Of a DNA stretch of 38,676 nucleotides, positions 26,150 to 36,797 are shown piece after piece. The translations under genes and the position numbers were made by a program. The DNA lies in contig JYFJ02003694.1 in the NCBI GenBank assembly GCA_000934665.2, forward strand, positions 1-38,676, given 5' to 3'. A model generated the notes under the pieces. It saw only the letters and a program-made list of their open reading frames with translations, was not told the origin of the DNA and did no database searches. Every line of letters starts with the position of its first letter. Position 1 is the first letter of the stretch. Source of the stretch: Catajapyx aquilonaris (taxonomy: Eukaryota).

Positions 26150-27043
26150 CGAGGGTGGTTCAGTAAATAACCTTACAAGTTGATTTACAAATTTGTACCA
26201 TACATTATGTGAACTATTCTTGCTGTAGGTGGTATGGCCATTCGTGTAGTAGGTATGGAGCGTTTCAGATCCACCATGTGACACCACGTAGTCACGTGAC
26301 AGCTATTTGAAGATGGCGGCCCCACTGGAGGTGTGCACCAGAGAAGAGCAGTTGGATTTTGGGGAAGACGATAGTCGCCATTCTTTGCTGGAATGTTTAG
26401 TTCTGGCTGGAAGTGATGAACCCACCATTCATCGCCTGTCACTATACGACGCAAAAAGTATTCTTCCTCCTCCTCGTAGAGTCTGAGAAGCGTTGCACAC
26501 ACATCGACACGCAGTTCCTTCAATTCATGTGTCAATTGCCCATCTGGCTGACACTTTTTCGTATCTCAGGTGCTCATGTATGATTACCTCAACTGACCCA
26601 ACACTCCCATCATTCACACTGATGCGTTGGTCTTGGCAAATAAGCACATCTGCGGCCGCTACAGTCTCGTCCGTGACAGCAGTGTGCGGGCGACCAGGTC
26701 GTCGGGTGTCCGGCACACTTGTCAAGCCTCCTGGGAACTTCCACGCCCATTCATACACCTGCTGTAGTGATATGCAGGCACTGTGCCTTCATCCGACTGT
26801 GAATGTCTGTGGGTTTCACACCTTCACTGGCAAGAAAACCACTGCTCTTCTATGGTGCACACCTGCAGTGGGGCCGCCATCTTCAAATAGCCCTCACGTG
26901 ACTACCTGGTGTCACATGGTGGATCTGAAACGCTCCATACCTACTACACGAATGGCCGTACCACCTACAGCAACAATAGTTCACATAATGTATAGTACAA
27001 ATTTGTAAATCAACTGGTAAGGTTATTTACTGAACCACCCTCG
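26150..27043 (-). mobile_element. Deleted mariner (DD34D-type) element with about 200-bp fold-back ends and transposase pseudogene fragments
   Basis: TA|CGAGGGTGGTTCAGTAAATAACCTTAC TIR at both ends. Minus-strand fragments YEWAWKF...RRPGRPHTA...DQRISV, IIHEHLRYEKVSARW and FLRRIVTGDEWWVHHFQPE (first catalytic Asp) are split by frameshifts. The C-terminal catalytic part is missing. Confidence 0.92.
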
Positions 27044-27235
27044 TATATGTTCCTGGGCTTAGCTCAATTTTGACATTTTTGTGGGTTGACCCATTATTGC
27101 ATACCACCAAGAAATAGTCACTATGTTCTACATCTTATTGACAACTTTTTCGGTGAGACATTTGAAATTGGTTTTCATAAATGGGAATCGAGACAGGTGA
27201 ACGTGCTATACTGCTTGGGAACATCATCCTTTTAA

Positions 27236-27723
27236 CCCTTTGACGGGCGGCAGGTTTTTTTTTGCCGTTTTTTTTCTTTTTTTGATGAAAAGTAGTAGGA
27301 GTGATTGATATTAATGAAAAACAATATGCTCCAATATTTATCATTTTAACTCGTGGTGGTCCTTTTGAATGTATAATGCCAAAAAAATTCATTTAGGGTG
27401 TTCCAGAAAAAAAATTAAGTACAATTAACTTTAAATGGAATAAATTTTTTTTAAATTTTTAAAGTCACTATAAAAGTGTTACTATGGTTACAAAATAATT
27501 CTAAAACACTGTACTATGAGAAATTCCTAAGAGTCCAGACTTACGGCACACCCTGTTCTGACGCCTCAGGAGGGGGTATGTTTAGCTCACGCTGGGAGGT
27601 GGAAAAACTTATTCGCATATGCCATGGTAGTTGAGCCCCCTTCCATGAGGTGGTAGGAGCAGTTTGAGACTCAAACTGCGCCATTTCTGTCTAAACGCTA
27701 TGCTGTCCGTAGGCCTCAAAGGG
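27236..27723. mobile_element. piggyBac-type MITE
   Basis: TTAA|CCCTTTGACGGG ... GGCCTCAAAGGG|TTAA; short TIR with TTAA flanks. Confidence 0.65.
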
Positions 27724-27939
27724 TTAAAAAGAGAGAGTAATTTGACTAGATTGGGACAATTGAATCCTTGAATCTAAGAGTAAGGCAAATGTCCATAACG
27801 GGGATTTCTTTTGTGACAAAACAATGAGGAACATTGTAAGTGTGATAGTGACAGTTATTTTTAAATTAGGAACACCTTTCCTCACTGGACATAAAGGTAG
27901 GCTTCCTTATAAAGTTCTGTGCTTTAAAAAATCCTAACT

Positions 27940-27998
27940 TCTCTAACTCGAAGTTTTTTCCCTGTCCCATGGAGATTCGACTTATAGAAGTTTCACTG
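27940..27998. mobile_element. pogo/Tigger-type MITE end fragment
   Basis: ...TTCGACTTATAGAAGTTTCACTG|TA; its reverse complement closely resembles the terminus at 36526 (CAGTAAAACTTCTGTAA). Confidence 0.6.
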
Positions 27999-28205
27999 TA
28001 TATTCAATACATAACATAACAACCTTACTAAATTAGGGGTTGGTTTAGTAGAAAAAGTCTGTTATGTCTTTGTTTGTGAGACATTGATATATTTTGGGAC
28101 TTTTATTTCTAACTTCATTTTTTGGCGTTGAACAAATAATCCTCAACACGGTCAATCCACACCTGGATAATTGGGAGTACAATGTATCTCCAACCTTTTT
28201 ATTTA

Positions 28206-29374
28206 CAGGGTGCAAATGAATTCAACAGACAAACCGAAGCAGTAGTGGTGGAGTGGATATGGTGTCCGACTGCTAATCGGGAGGTCCTGGGTTCGAGTCC
28301 CGGAGGCCAGCGATCCCACCGGTGAGATAGAAAAAGCATAGGAAATGGAGGCCTACATTGACCATTAGGACTCAAGGGGGTACTAAATAAATAAATAAAT
28401 AAATAAATAAATGAATTCAACCGACAAACTTGTAGGGGTAATAGAGGGGACCAAGACAAACCTATTTGACATAGGAACCCGTGTATGGAAATGCCATGTA
28501 GAGGGGGTTCATAGACAAGGCTCAGATGCGTCAGGGTGGCGGCAGGGAGCATATACTACATAAGAGGCACAAACTTCTGTCGGCGCCTTTGATGTTCGCG
28601 TCTCTCTGTTTATAGGGCGTTGCCAAGGCTGGCGGCCATTTTGAAGTGTGTGGTACGCCAGCGAGGTATAAATAGGGTACAGGCAAAAATAGGGTCCGCT
28701 ATCTTTAATGGTTTTGGCTGCCATGGCAACTACATGGCAAGAACACGCGCGAATTTGAATTCGATATAGGAATGGGTAAGTAAATTGTTATTTCCGTGTA
28801 TTGCCATGGCAGCCAAAACCATCAAAGATGGCGGACCCCCGCAGACCCTGACGGCCTGCCTGTACCCTATTTATACCTCGTTGGCGTACCACACACTTCA
28901 AAATGGCCGCCAGCCTTGGCAACGCCCTATAAACAGAGAGACGCTAAAATCGAATGTTTGCGCCTCTTATGCAGTATATGCTCCCTGGTGGCGGCGTTAG
29001 TGAGCAGACCATTTAGTTGCTAGGTGGCGCGCGGATTGTTAGTACACAACTTCTCAATTTGCCATAACCTGGCAACAACAGAGCCACCTAGCAGCTAAAG
29101 TCAGCATGCTAGGTAGCGTGCAGATAATAAACAACAACCCTGTTGTTCCCAGGTTATTGCCAATTGCGAAGTTGTGTACAATCCACGCACCACCTAGCAA
29201 CTAAACGGTCCGCTCGCTAACGCCGCCACCCTGACACCTCTGAGCGCACCCATTCCTTGTCTATGAACCCCCTCTAGATGGCGTTTCCGGACACGGTTTC
29301 CTATGTCAAATATGTTTGTCTTGGTCCCCTCCATTACCCCTACAAGTCTGTCGGTTGAATTCATTTACACCTTG
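28206..29374. mobile_element. Tc1/mariner-type MITE with long TIRs and two internal hairpins, interrupted by a SINE
   Basis: TA|CAGGGTGCAAATGAATTCAAC ... GTTGAATTCATTTACACCTTG. The outer arms are about 140 bp. Internal IRs are about 28543-28740/28794-28987 and about 28987-29230. The empty site is visible in the paralogous segment at about 16110-16120. Confidence 0.9.
28235..28408 (+). mobile_element. tRNA-derived SINE with (TAAA)n tail, inserted in the left TIR of the MITE
   Basis: A box TGGTGGAGTGG and B box GGTTCGAGTCC. 21-bp TSD AAATGAATTCAAC(A/C)GACAAAC at 28214-28234 and 28409-28429. Confidence 0.9.
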
Positions 29375-29824
29375 TGTACTATTCATACGAATAATGTGCT
29401 ACAAAGAAGAAACAAGTAGAAGACAGAAAGAACAAGGAATTAACTGCAGGTGTATTTATTATGGTATATGAAATACAAAATGTAAGAAGAGATCATGTCA
29501 TTCTTCTACTGAAACTGGGTGTGTTATTTCACAGTATCATCTTTGATATAAAGACACTTTTGAGTCTTACTGCCCTTCCTGGGTTCAATTATGTGTAAAC
29601 TGTACTCCCCCCCCCCCCCCCCAATCAAACNCAAAAAAAAAAGTAAACTACTACAAACCATGGCCACTTGCATACAGTATACCTACACCATATTCTTTAC
29701 AAAAATATATCCAGTATGTGCATTAACATGATTCCCTGAAGTAACCTTCTTTTTCTTCCAAAATAACGCATGGCAATCTTCAAATACAAAATTCAGTAAG
29801 CATTTACTGCAACATATGAATGAG

Positions 29825-30113
29825 GGATAGAGTTGGCCTTACTGGCGTGCGCGAGGCAGCAGGGTAGTAGTCGGTGGGGGCAGCGGGCTGTGTCGCAAAG
29901 GCAAGGATAAAGGATAGGCGTGTATTCGCTGACGATAGGTCTGTATCTGTAAGGAAGGAAGGTTAGGCTTGGTTAGTTTAGGTTGGTACAGCATACCCCT
30001 TCCAAAATCCAAAAAAGCAATCCTTGCATCCTTGCCTTTGCGACACAGCCAATCTTCCCCCAGCCACCACTCACCCTGCTGCCTCCTGCATGCCAGAAAG
30101 GCCTACTCTTTCC
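29825..30113. mobile_element. MULE-like MITE with internal TTAGG repeats, copy 2, 60 bp past the SPRTN stop
   Basis: Perfect 8-bp TSD TGAATGAG (29817-29824, 30114-30121), GG...CC termini and long TIRs. The superfamily call is inferred from TSD length and ends. Confidence 0.8.
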
Positions 30114-30173
30114 TGAATGAGTACTATTACGTCTAACATAACCTACACAAAACTAGGCCATATTATTTAATGC

Positions 30174-33100
30174 CTATGACTTCAAGCAAGTGTCCAAATG
30201 CTGGTTGATGAGTGATGCAAGCACTCCAACCTGACACACAGGACATGGATAATACTCCCCATCTATGTCAATGACTCCAGTGGCAAGGTTTTCGGACTTC
30301 TCATCTGGGTTTGCACAGGTCACCATGTGAACATAAAGATCATTTTCAGGCAGCCTAATCCCACATCCTGGGCAAAATGAAGACACAGAAGCAGTGACCT
30401 CCGACACCACTGGAGTGAAGTACTTGTCAATAGTGACCTGTTTCTCTTTCACTGGGCTTTTTTCCTCCTCTGTGTCTGTCAGATCATGCACTAAACGAGG
30501 AGTCTTCTTTGGACTCTTATTCAAACTTGGCTTAGTCAAGCCTGTCTTAGTCTTGTTGCTTTTGACACCATCAGTGATCCTTTGATAAACATTTGCAATG
30601 TAATTTTGGGTCCCAGAAGTACCATTTCTTACATTGCCTTGGACATCCAACATGTCACTAAGCATACCACTTCCACCTTGAACCTTTGCACCTTTCTGAA
30701 ACCCATCAATAAGACCATTTCCATTGAGACAGTTCACACCAAATCCATGAGAGCCATCTAGGCCAATTTGTGAGCCACTTGGCAATCCCTTAGGCGATTC
30801 CATCTTTCCAGTTCCCAAAACTTGACCAGGTCCTCCAAAGGGCACAAATGACCTGATGTCCTTCTGTCCCTTCTTAGCAGATGGGCTTAACACTTCCTCT
30901 ACCTTTCTCTTTTTACCCTTATTAAAACCCTCGGGCTCACGGACTTTTATGTACTGCCCCCCACACGTGGCCTGGTGCTGGGCCCACCATATATCGTTAG
31001 GACCTGGCGCCCTGTTCATAGCTCGTTTTACCATGCCAAAGTAGGGAGGCCTCTGCTGACAGGGTCCATTACACCTCCACCAATGCTGCTGGTAGAATTT
31101 CACCTCATCATGAAAGTTGTGGTAGACACTGATGTTCGTGGATGCACTGCGGTTTATGCGATGCATGTGTGCGAGGAACATAGGACCATGTTCTCCATGG
31201 TCTCTGTTGCGCTCAACCACAAAGAGATATGCATGGATCATCTCGTGCTGAGGAGAGAAATATGTAATGAGTTGGTGTTGACCATAATAGTAACTAGCAC
31301 ACATGTCAAAAAATACCAGTGACTACAATATTAATGCCATATGTTTCATAACATGCTTAATCCAGCTCTTCCACCAATATTAAAACAACCTGCATCCTGA
31401 AAAGGCTTGTTTGAACTTTATTTCTAATGCTAAAAGCATATTTACAAGTGTGAGAATAGAAGGTAAAATAAAAATAAAATAAATAAATAATTGGGGTAGT
31501 GCTTGATCTCCTTATAGGTATGTAGTGCGAACCTTTATTTATACTGCGGTAGTACGATACATACTGGAACCTTGAACGAAGTGCCTGGGCCCACAGGCAG
31601 GGTGACTGGGAGGGGATGTGCAGTGGGCAGTGCAATGTACAATGTACACCCGCGAGCATAAAGATGGTGACGGCAGGCCCTCACCTTGGGCAGGCTGCTC
31701 TGCCAATTGCAGCTATTACGGTATCAAATATACTGTCATAAATACACGAACACACGCCTGATGCAGCTAACTCGGTCCAAAAAGAGTTCATTAATTTCAG
31801 TCGGATAAAGAAAGGACAAAAAAGGGCCTGCCGTCTCCATCTTTATGTTCGCGGGGGTACATTTTGTGAACTCCCCCGGGTGGGTTAGTCTAGCAGAGAT
31901 TCCACCCGAGACAAAGCCAGAGACGACCCAACTCTGCACAAAATGCAGGGGGGAGACCCCGATCGAACCTGGGACCCTTCTATCCGTGGGTACATATGTT
32001 ACCACAGCGCCATTCCGCCTCCCCTTGAGAATAGAAGGTAAAACAGATGTGCATGTCCTAGAATGGATATAGGGCCATTTCTTCAAGCCATTCAGATCAT
32101 ATTTTGGGCATACAGATGTCGACTAAGTCCAATTCTGACATTTTTCAGTTACTTACACTATTACGTAGCATTTGTTCTGCTCTATGGTCTGGTGAAGTCA
32201 ATTTAGTCCTAGATTCATTGTGAGCCAGCAAGCCAAAATTTTCTGAATTCACCAGCATGTAAAAAAGAGCAAGGTAATATCTTTGTTTTACTTTTTGGGC
32301 TTTCTGGATTTCTTTTGCATGCCAACATAAAATGGGCACAGGGGAGGTGTGGTGGCCGCGATGGTAACGTCTCGGCTTGCTGAGTGAAAGGTCCCAGGTT
32401 CGATCCCCGCCTGGGAGTTACCTTTCGCCTGCATCAGGAGGGTCTGACCTGCACCAAGGAGGTGTCTGGCAACCTAACCTCCTGGGGAACAGCACATGAC
32501 CCCTTTACCGACATTGCACTTGCACCTATGTTCCCTCCCCAAAAATCCCTATCCTTACCCAATGTCCTCGTTTCCCTGCACCGGAGTGAAGTTAACTGAG
32601 AAAATTGAGGAAAAATGGTGGTGTACCACCCCCCTAAAGAACCTGTAAGGGTCATCACGGGGTACAATAGGGCATTTCCACGCAAACACAGACATGCTGT
32701 CCGTTCGTAACGCAGGTTTTGCAGACATGTACTAGCATATTTTATTGTAACAATACACACACATTGCATGAAATGGATTAAGCATGCAGTGCATGCATCC
32801 TGTCATTGTTATAATAAAATACAGTTGTGCGGGGCGGCATGGTGGTCTAGCGGTTACGCCGCTGGCCAGCCAAGCGGGAGGCCGGGGTTCAAATCCTGTC
32901 CCCGTCACCTCTGCTTGGCCGGGTCTTTTTCCGCTTTTCACCCGACATGCCGGAGCAGAATTGCACTCCCTTCTCTGCTCGGGGCCAGGAGAAAAGGCCT
33001 GGTGTTAAAGAATGTCAGAAATGGCTATCGCACGGCGCCCTCCCTTGGGAACTTCCCCTTCCCCCCTAAGAGGGCCACGAGCTCTATCACGGGGTAACAA

Positions 33101-35114
33101 AAAAATAAAAAAAATAAAAAATAAAAAAAAAATACAGTTGTGCACGTAGGCAAAACTTGTGTTACAATCGGACGGATGCATCATGGAAATGCCCTTTAAA
33201 AAAATAAGTAAATAAAAATAAATAAAATAAATAAAATGGGCACAACTAGGGTTCCAGAACATTCAAGTGTGGCGGCAGAGATCAGGTGACAGAGGAAACA
33301 CCATGTTCCTATGGCATTTTGATTTTTTCAAGTCACATTCATATTGATTTACAGGATAAGTAAAAATGAGGGAAATGGCAGAAAAGGTAAAGTCATAGCC
33401 ATCAACAGTTCATTATTATGCAAACTCCTGGTACACTGACAAAACTTCATTATAGGCTTACATGGACTTACACTTGTCAGGCAAAAGCACTAAGATTATT
33501 TTCCAGTGTCATTCGTCTTAGTAATTTAACTACTACCCATTCTTTGGAAAGGTATAGTACTATGGCTACAAATTGCTACGAAATACTTCTCTAGCTGCTC
33601 TGCCACCATCTGGTCTATAATAAACAGTGTGTTCCAAATGTCTAGGTAATTTTAGCTATTGCAAATTTCGGCCAAACTTGTCATTATGTGTACCTTTTTG
33701 GAATCCCCAATTATATATCAGCTGCTGCATTTTTCAAGCACACATGGGAATAATTGGGTACCTCGATCCAGGCACAAAAAGCTACACAAAAACAAACCTC
33801 TTTGGGTGAAATTTGCGAAAAACTAAATGGACAAATAACACATTTGGAACAGACTGTACAAGCCACTGCAATAGCCGAGACCAAGATTATTGGTATTAAT
33901 AATGCTCCATCTCTGGAGTGGAAAACAAGTAGGCAAGTATGCATGCAGAGATATGGATGTGAAGTAAAGTGTATTCCAACTGAAATGTCTTCAGCAATTA
34001 AGGCAGCGATATAGAAAATCAGGACTTCTTCAAGTTCCAACTCTGGCCAAAAGAGGAGACACTCGATCCCACCCACCCTACACAAAAGAAGGGCCGCGTT
34101 TGCGGATGACCATTCCCTCTAGGCACAATAAAAACAGTGAAAGTTATGGTTCCCCCAACTTCTAGTAGTTCTCAAATCAGTCAAATTTTGACAAAATTAT
34201 TATTTTCCGAAAGGTTATAGCTAAATATAAAAATCGGCTTTACAGGTCCGGAGCACCTAATTTTTCCGCATTTTTTGGTGCTTGTTACGACATGACTTAA
34301 AATACGATGGGATAAATTACTCCCGAATGCAAATGACTTTTTGAAACACTACATTAAGAATATGGAAAAAGTACAGTACACATGTGTAAGAGAGAGGTCA
34401 GTTACACTTACACACACAAAAAATCGGTTCTGCTGTTGTTAGTTAGTGAGAACTTTACTCCCAAATTCTCTTTATCCCCCCCTTAACATTTTCTTGGCCC
34501 TAAGCCATTTATTAAATTAAGAAGTAACTTCTGCCTGGTGACCCTTATAACCTTTCAAAATATTGTCAAATTATTATATTGACATAATAGTTTCCAGTAG
34601 AAAAGGAGGACATCAGATTCCATCACACTATTAAAATCAGCAGGGTGTAGTTATGAGGAATCTAATCTCACATGGGATTATAAATTGCAACAAATTACAA
34701 CCTTCAAATGACACTCACCAGAAGTGTCTCCACAAGATCGCTCCTTGGTCTGAACCTCAGAAGTGGCTGGCTGAGCCTAACTGAGCAGAGGCCACCCCTA
34801 CCCTCGTAGCAGCACATCCCTGCACATGATGTCATTCGAGGGGACCACCTGACTTCCACTCCTTGCAGTCGGTCCCAAAAATAAGTACGGTTAAATTCCG
34901 CAAAGAGGACATATATGTTTGGGTTGGGGTCGATCGTCTCCCAGACTGGGTCAATCAGGGAGCGGGGTTGGCTTTTGGCCCGGGGTGAAGGCGATGCATC
35001 TGATGATGAACTGGGGGTTTGGAGGCTCAGGGCCACAGCAAAATCATGGTCAAGTGATTCTTGATTGGAGTTATTTTTCTTGTTGGACAGTGAAGTTTTC
35101 AGCCATTTATCCAT
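30174..35114 (-). CDS. SPRTN: SprT-like domain-containing protein Spartan (DNA-protein crosslink metalloprotease), 489 aa; complement(join(30174..31247,34719..35114))
   Basis: SprT domain WETIDPNPNIYVLFAEFNRTYFWDRLQGVEVRWSPRMTSCAGMCCYEGRGGLCSVRLSQPLLRFRPRSDLVETLL|HEMIH (HExxH joined across a phase-0 GTGAGT...CTCAG intron). Also the Zn-binding subdomain HWWRCNGPC...HQATCGG, SHP box FVPFGGPGQVLG, PIP box QVTIDKYF and C-terminal UBZ CPVC...HLDTC. Confidence 0.95.
31815..32024 (-). mobile_element. tRNA-derived SINE in the SPRTN intron (3' boundary uncertain)
   Basis: The head on the - strand is GGGGAGGCGGAATGGCGCTGTGGTAAC...CCCAGGTTCGATCGGGG, with A and B boxes. Confidence 0.65.
32341..32666 (+). 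mobile_element. tRNA-derived SINE in the SPRTN intron
   Basis: The head is GGTGGCCGCGATGGTAAC...CCCAGGTTCGATCCCCG. The 3' tail CCCCTAAAGA...ATCACGGGGTA is shared with two other SINEs. Confidence 0.75.
32831..33128 (+). mobile_element. tRNA-derived SINE in the SPRTN intron, full length with A-rich tail
   Basis: Perfect 15-bp TSD AAAATACAGTTGTGC (32816-32830, 33129-33143). A box TGGTCTAGCGG and B box GGTTCAAATCC. Confidence 0.9.
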
Positions 35115-35733
35115 CTTAGTACCTGTGGCACAATGAGGAAAAAATCATTTAGTAACTAAGAATACCTCAAGCCTTGTCCTCATTTTACAAACTGGTTTCC
35201 CAAAATTAGGCAATATATCTCGATTTCAGTGGTACAATCCATTTCTATTAGGACGGGAAACTTACCCAAGGGTGAGAGGCCAATGTCAGAAAAACAAAAC
35301 ATTGGCTGCAATGGGTTCATCAGGCAAGGGGGCAGGGATGGTTCTGGCAATGGGACTGTGGCAATAGAGCCACTTCTTCGAGGGGGAGAATGGGTCCGGA
35401 TGTAAGTGGCAGACTCACAGATTCTCCCTCAGGAGCAGGGGTTACCAGAGTATTTCACAGAGATGATTTTTTTGCCACTATAGTTAGCAGAAAATGGCTT
35501 TCCTATTTCGACTCTGACCTCTCTCCCTGGCTTTATCATCCAGTTATGAGAAAAAATGATATCTTCATTAGAATGAAGATATTTTGCTCAATTTTTAGAG
35601 CTCAACTTGCAAATAGAGTTCAATAAGGAAGAAAGGGGACTCAAAAGTATCAAATGCTTAGTGCTGGTATGAGAGTAGCTCTCCCTTACAAGTTGTAAGT
35701 CTGGATTGGGGACCTCCATAGATACTCTTAACA

Positions 35734-35900
35734 CAGCGGTTCTTAACCTTTTTGTGCCTCCGCACCCCTTTGAATACAGTTGGTCCTTGTCGCACCCCCT
35801 ATAGCAGGGGTGATTAAGTTCATAGTTAGACTAAGTCCAGAGGTGCACCTTGCTCGGACCCCCAAGGGAGCCACCTCGCACCCCAGGTTAGAAACTGCTG
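35734..35900. mobile_element. hAT (Charlie/MER5-like) MITE
   Basis: CAGCGGTTCTTAACCT ... AGGTTAGAAACTGCTG TIRs, repeated CGCACCCC subterminal motifs, and a degenerate 8-bp TSD (TCTTAACA/CCTTAACC). Confidence 0.78.
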
Positions 35901-36525
35901 CCTTAACCCCTTCGGCCCCATGGCTATTTCCCCCCGCGACCTCTGCATACCAGCTATGTAGAATTGTAGATAATATTTAACCCTCTGTCTCCCGCTCGCT
36001 TATGCACGTTTTGGGTGGGGGTATAAAAATAGTGATCCTAGGTGAAAATCACTGGACTTGGCACCATTGGTTTCGCTCTCAATTCATGCACAAGATGGGA
36101 TTGAAGCGTCCGAGACCTACATACCAGAATTGCATCTTGAGAGAGCCATGTACCGCCTCATATGCTATAGAGAAGGTGACGTCATTCTATCGCGACACCT
36201 GCGTGGTTTTTATTAGGTGGCTTCCACCCATCGAAAAAATCCTAGATAAATCTATATGAGGGTCCACTCCCTCTAATAAATTATGAAAACATTAAATGTC
36301 TGTTTAAAAAATTTTAAAGGTCCGGATTAAACAGAGGTACTGTGAGTGACCAGGTGCAAAACCTTTGGCCTATGACGTAGTGCCATTAAAAATATTACGT
36401 GGGTGGTGTAAATACTCATGGACATAGCCTTAGGTAACTCTTCTAGTTTCTATGGTGAAAGAAATTTCTGTCGGGGTTATACCAGTGAATTTTAACAAAT
36501 TATTTTGTTTGGTTGTATTATAATA

Positions 36526-36797
36526 CAGTAAAACTTCTGTAAAGGCCCATACACACAGGAGTCGACGGTTTTGGTCTTTGGTCGCGTTGAAGCCGCGGAC
36601 CAATCATGACTCATGTAAACAAGTTGTAAACAATGTGTTGCGCTTGTTTACATGAGTCATGATTGGTCCGCGGCGTCAACGCGACCAAAGACCAAAACCG
36701 TCGATGGCCTGTGTGTATGCGCCTTTAGTCAAACTTCCCTAAGTCGACGTTCTCTATAAGTCGAAGAAAATGACGAGCTTGGTTGGTCACAATGTAA
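36526..36797. mobile_element. pogo/Tigger-type left end, interrupted by a Harbinger MITE and abutting the LTR
   Basis: TA|CAGTAAAACTTCTGTAA[MITE]GTCAAACTTCCCTAAGTCGACGTTCTCTATAAGTCGAAG, with repeated TAAGTCGA. Confidence 0.6.
36543..36724. mobile_element. PIF/Harbinger-type palindromic MITE
   Basis: TAA|AGGCCCATACACACAGG ... CCTGTGTGTATGCGCCT|TTA; about 80-bp near-perfect arms and TWA flanks. Confidence 0.85.

Noticed and set aside
28236..28312. tRNA-like fold with anticodon arm TCCGA-CTGCTAA-TCGGG
   Set aside because: No proper acceptor stem. It continues into a body and (TAAA)n tail and is flanked by a TSD, so it is a SINE head rather than a tRNA gene. The same applies to the other SINE heads.
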